64,000 bases of DNA, from positions 96,304-160,303 of the forward strand of contig CAZUVX010000001.1 in the NCBI GenBank assembly GCA_964623865.1. The letters run 5' to 3'. This DNA is from an uncultured Spirochaetaceae bacterium (GTDB lineage Bacteria; Spirochaetota; Spirochaetia; DSM-27196; PWMO01). The position numbers and the translations under genes are program-made. The notes under the pieces are model-generated. The model worked only from the letters and a program-made list of their open reading frames with translations. It searched no databases and was not told the DNA's origin. Of the stretch, positions 63,162-64,000 are shown in pieces. The first letter of the stretch is position 1. Each line of letters starts with the position of its first letter.

Positions 63162-64000
63162 ATGAAACGGTTCTTCACACTCTTCGTCGGTCTTATGATC
63201 TTGCTGGCCGGCACAGCTTTCGCAGAAGAGTCCGTCCTTATTGATTTTTCGGAGCTTACGCCGAACTGGCCGGCCGATGATCCTCGAGAAAACGAAGAGA
63301 CCCTCATTGATGTAAGTGACGAGGCTGCGGGCACACTCTACACGGAGGAAGAGCTGCAGCAGATGCGCACGTCTTTGGCAATCGAAAACTGGGAAGTTGA
63401 GCTCAACTCCTCGTCTCGATTCGCAGAGACGCAACGGCTCTCCGAGATTCGCCGCGCCCCCGTGAACCAGGACGCAAATCGGTTTGAAGGTGAGGACGTA
63501 CTCGGTGTACGAGTGAACTTCCCGAATGAGCCGTACAACGGGTGGGCGATGATTCGACCGCCCTTTGAGATTCCTGCGTACGCAGATCCCACTGAGGTAG
63601 ATGCCGACGGGAACGTCGAGAGGTCCGATGAGGGTGAACGAGGTACCAAGTTTGATAACAGGGGTGTGGTAAAGAACATCGGAACCCTCCGATCCCTCGC
63701 ACTGAACGCGTACGGGCTGAATTTCCCACACGGAGTGAGTGTGGTTCTGCAGGATCAGAACAACGAGCAAGAAGAGATCTTCCTCGGGTACCTGGACTTC
63801 GAGGGCTGGCGCACCATGGTGTGGGACAACCCGAACTATCTGGACCAGGTGCGTGACCGGGAGCTGCGAACCTTCCCCCTCTACCCGAACCTGCAGCCCA
63901 TGCGCAAGTTGATCGGGATCCGGATCTACCGCGACGGTTCCATGGAGGGTGGAGATTTCATAACGTATATCAAGGATGTTCAGGTCAAGTACGACCTCGC
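63162..64000 (+). CDS. flaA: Flagellar filament outer-layer (sheath) protein FlaA, long canonical form; the 3' end lies beyond the window
   Basis: My own translation from the ATG at 63162 (GGAGCAA upstream): MKRFFTLFVGLMILLAGTAFAEESVLIDFSELTP...LAIENWEVELNSSSRF...GEDVLGVRVNFPNEPYNGWAMIRPPFEIPAY...GVVKNIGTLRSLALNAYGLNFPHGVSVVLQDQNNEQEEIFLGYLDFEGWRTMVWDNPNY...RIYRDG. It is not in the ORF track because it is open at the window end. Confidence 0.87.
   Translation, partial: MKRFFTLFVGLMILLAGTAFAEESVLIDFSELTPNWPADDPRENEETLIDVSDEAAGTLYTEEELQQMRTSLAIENWEVELNSSSRFAETQRLSEIRRAPVNQDANRFEGEDVLGVRVNFPNEPYNGWAMIRPPFEIPAYADPTEVDADGNVERSDEGERGTKFDNRGVVKNIGTLRSLALNAYGLNFPHGVSVVLQDQNNEQEEIFLGYLDFEGWRTMVWDNPNYLDQVRDRELRTFPLYPNLQPMRKLIGIRIYRDGSMEGGDFITYIKDVQVKYDL

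Noticed and set aside
1-64000. CRISPR arrays, IS elements, integrases, prophage genes, tRNA/rRNA genes
   Set aside because: None were seen. The only repeats are short tandem arrays of 2-3 units (13-20 bp) in promoters and leaders. No ORF shows transposase, integrase or phage structural motifs. No cloverleaf-like or rRNA-like segment was noticed in the intergenic regions. This was a by-eye check only, and tRNAscan or Infernal would be definitive.

Overview
GC-rich chromosomal segment, read by eye with nothing computed or searched. It almost certainly comes from a spirochete. The evidence is a FlaB core flagellin ([14 protein letters not shown]...), three FlaA-family sheath genes, a PlzA-like PilZ protein, a PorV/UPF0164-like outer-membrane protein and a spiro-SPASM-type protein. 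I support about 58 protein-coding genes. I saw no rRNA, tRNA, CRISPR array, transposase, integrase or phage genes. Housekeeping content: infC-rpmI-rplT followed by zapB-like/zapA, metX-metW, gap, folD, xseA-xseB, arcB-arcC, csoR-copA, an RluA-family synthase, rarD, and sugar/glycan enzymes. Many long ORFs in the track are antisense shadow ORFs typical of GC-rich DNA. Several listed ORFs carry spurious N-terminal extensions, which I trimmed to starts with a ribosome-binding site or signal peptide. Two loci look most worth follow-up. (1) 41200-52683: an outer-membrane barrel gene divergent from a tightly coupled five-gene operon. That operon is built around a 1,566-aa BNR-propeller/HAMP/PP2C (SpoIIE-type) membrane phosphatase, a 1,043-aa acidic helical secreted protein and three unknown small envelope proteins. 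(2) 54924-61487: a coupled operon of a SPASM-domain protein lacking a radical-SAM CxxxCxxC motif, a GT2-like protein, an SpsF-like cytidylyltransferase, an SpsG/PseG-like-Zn-ribbon-methyltransferase fusion and an ATP-grasp enzyme. It sits directly upstream of an amidase, a GerMN protein and flaA. Non-coding observations: tandem repeats in the metXW leader, a tandem palindrome between rpmI and rplT, a CsoR operator overlapping a promoter that implies a leaderless csoR mRNA, near-identical consensus promoters for the FlaA genes, and a long structured flaB upstream region.
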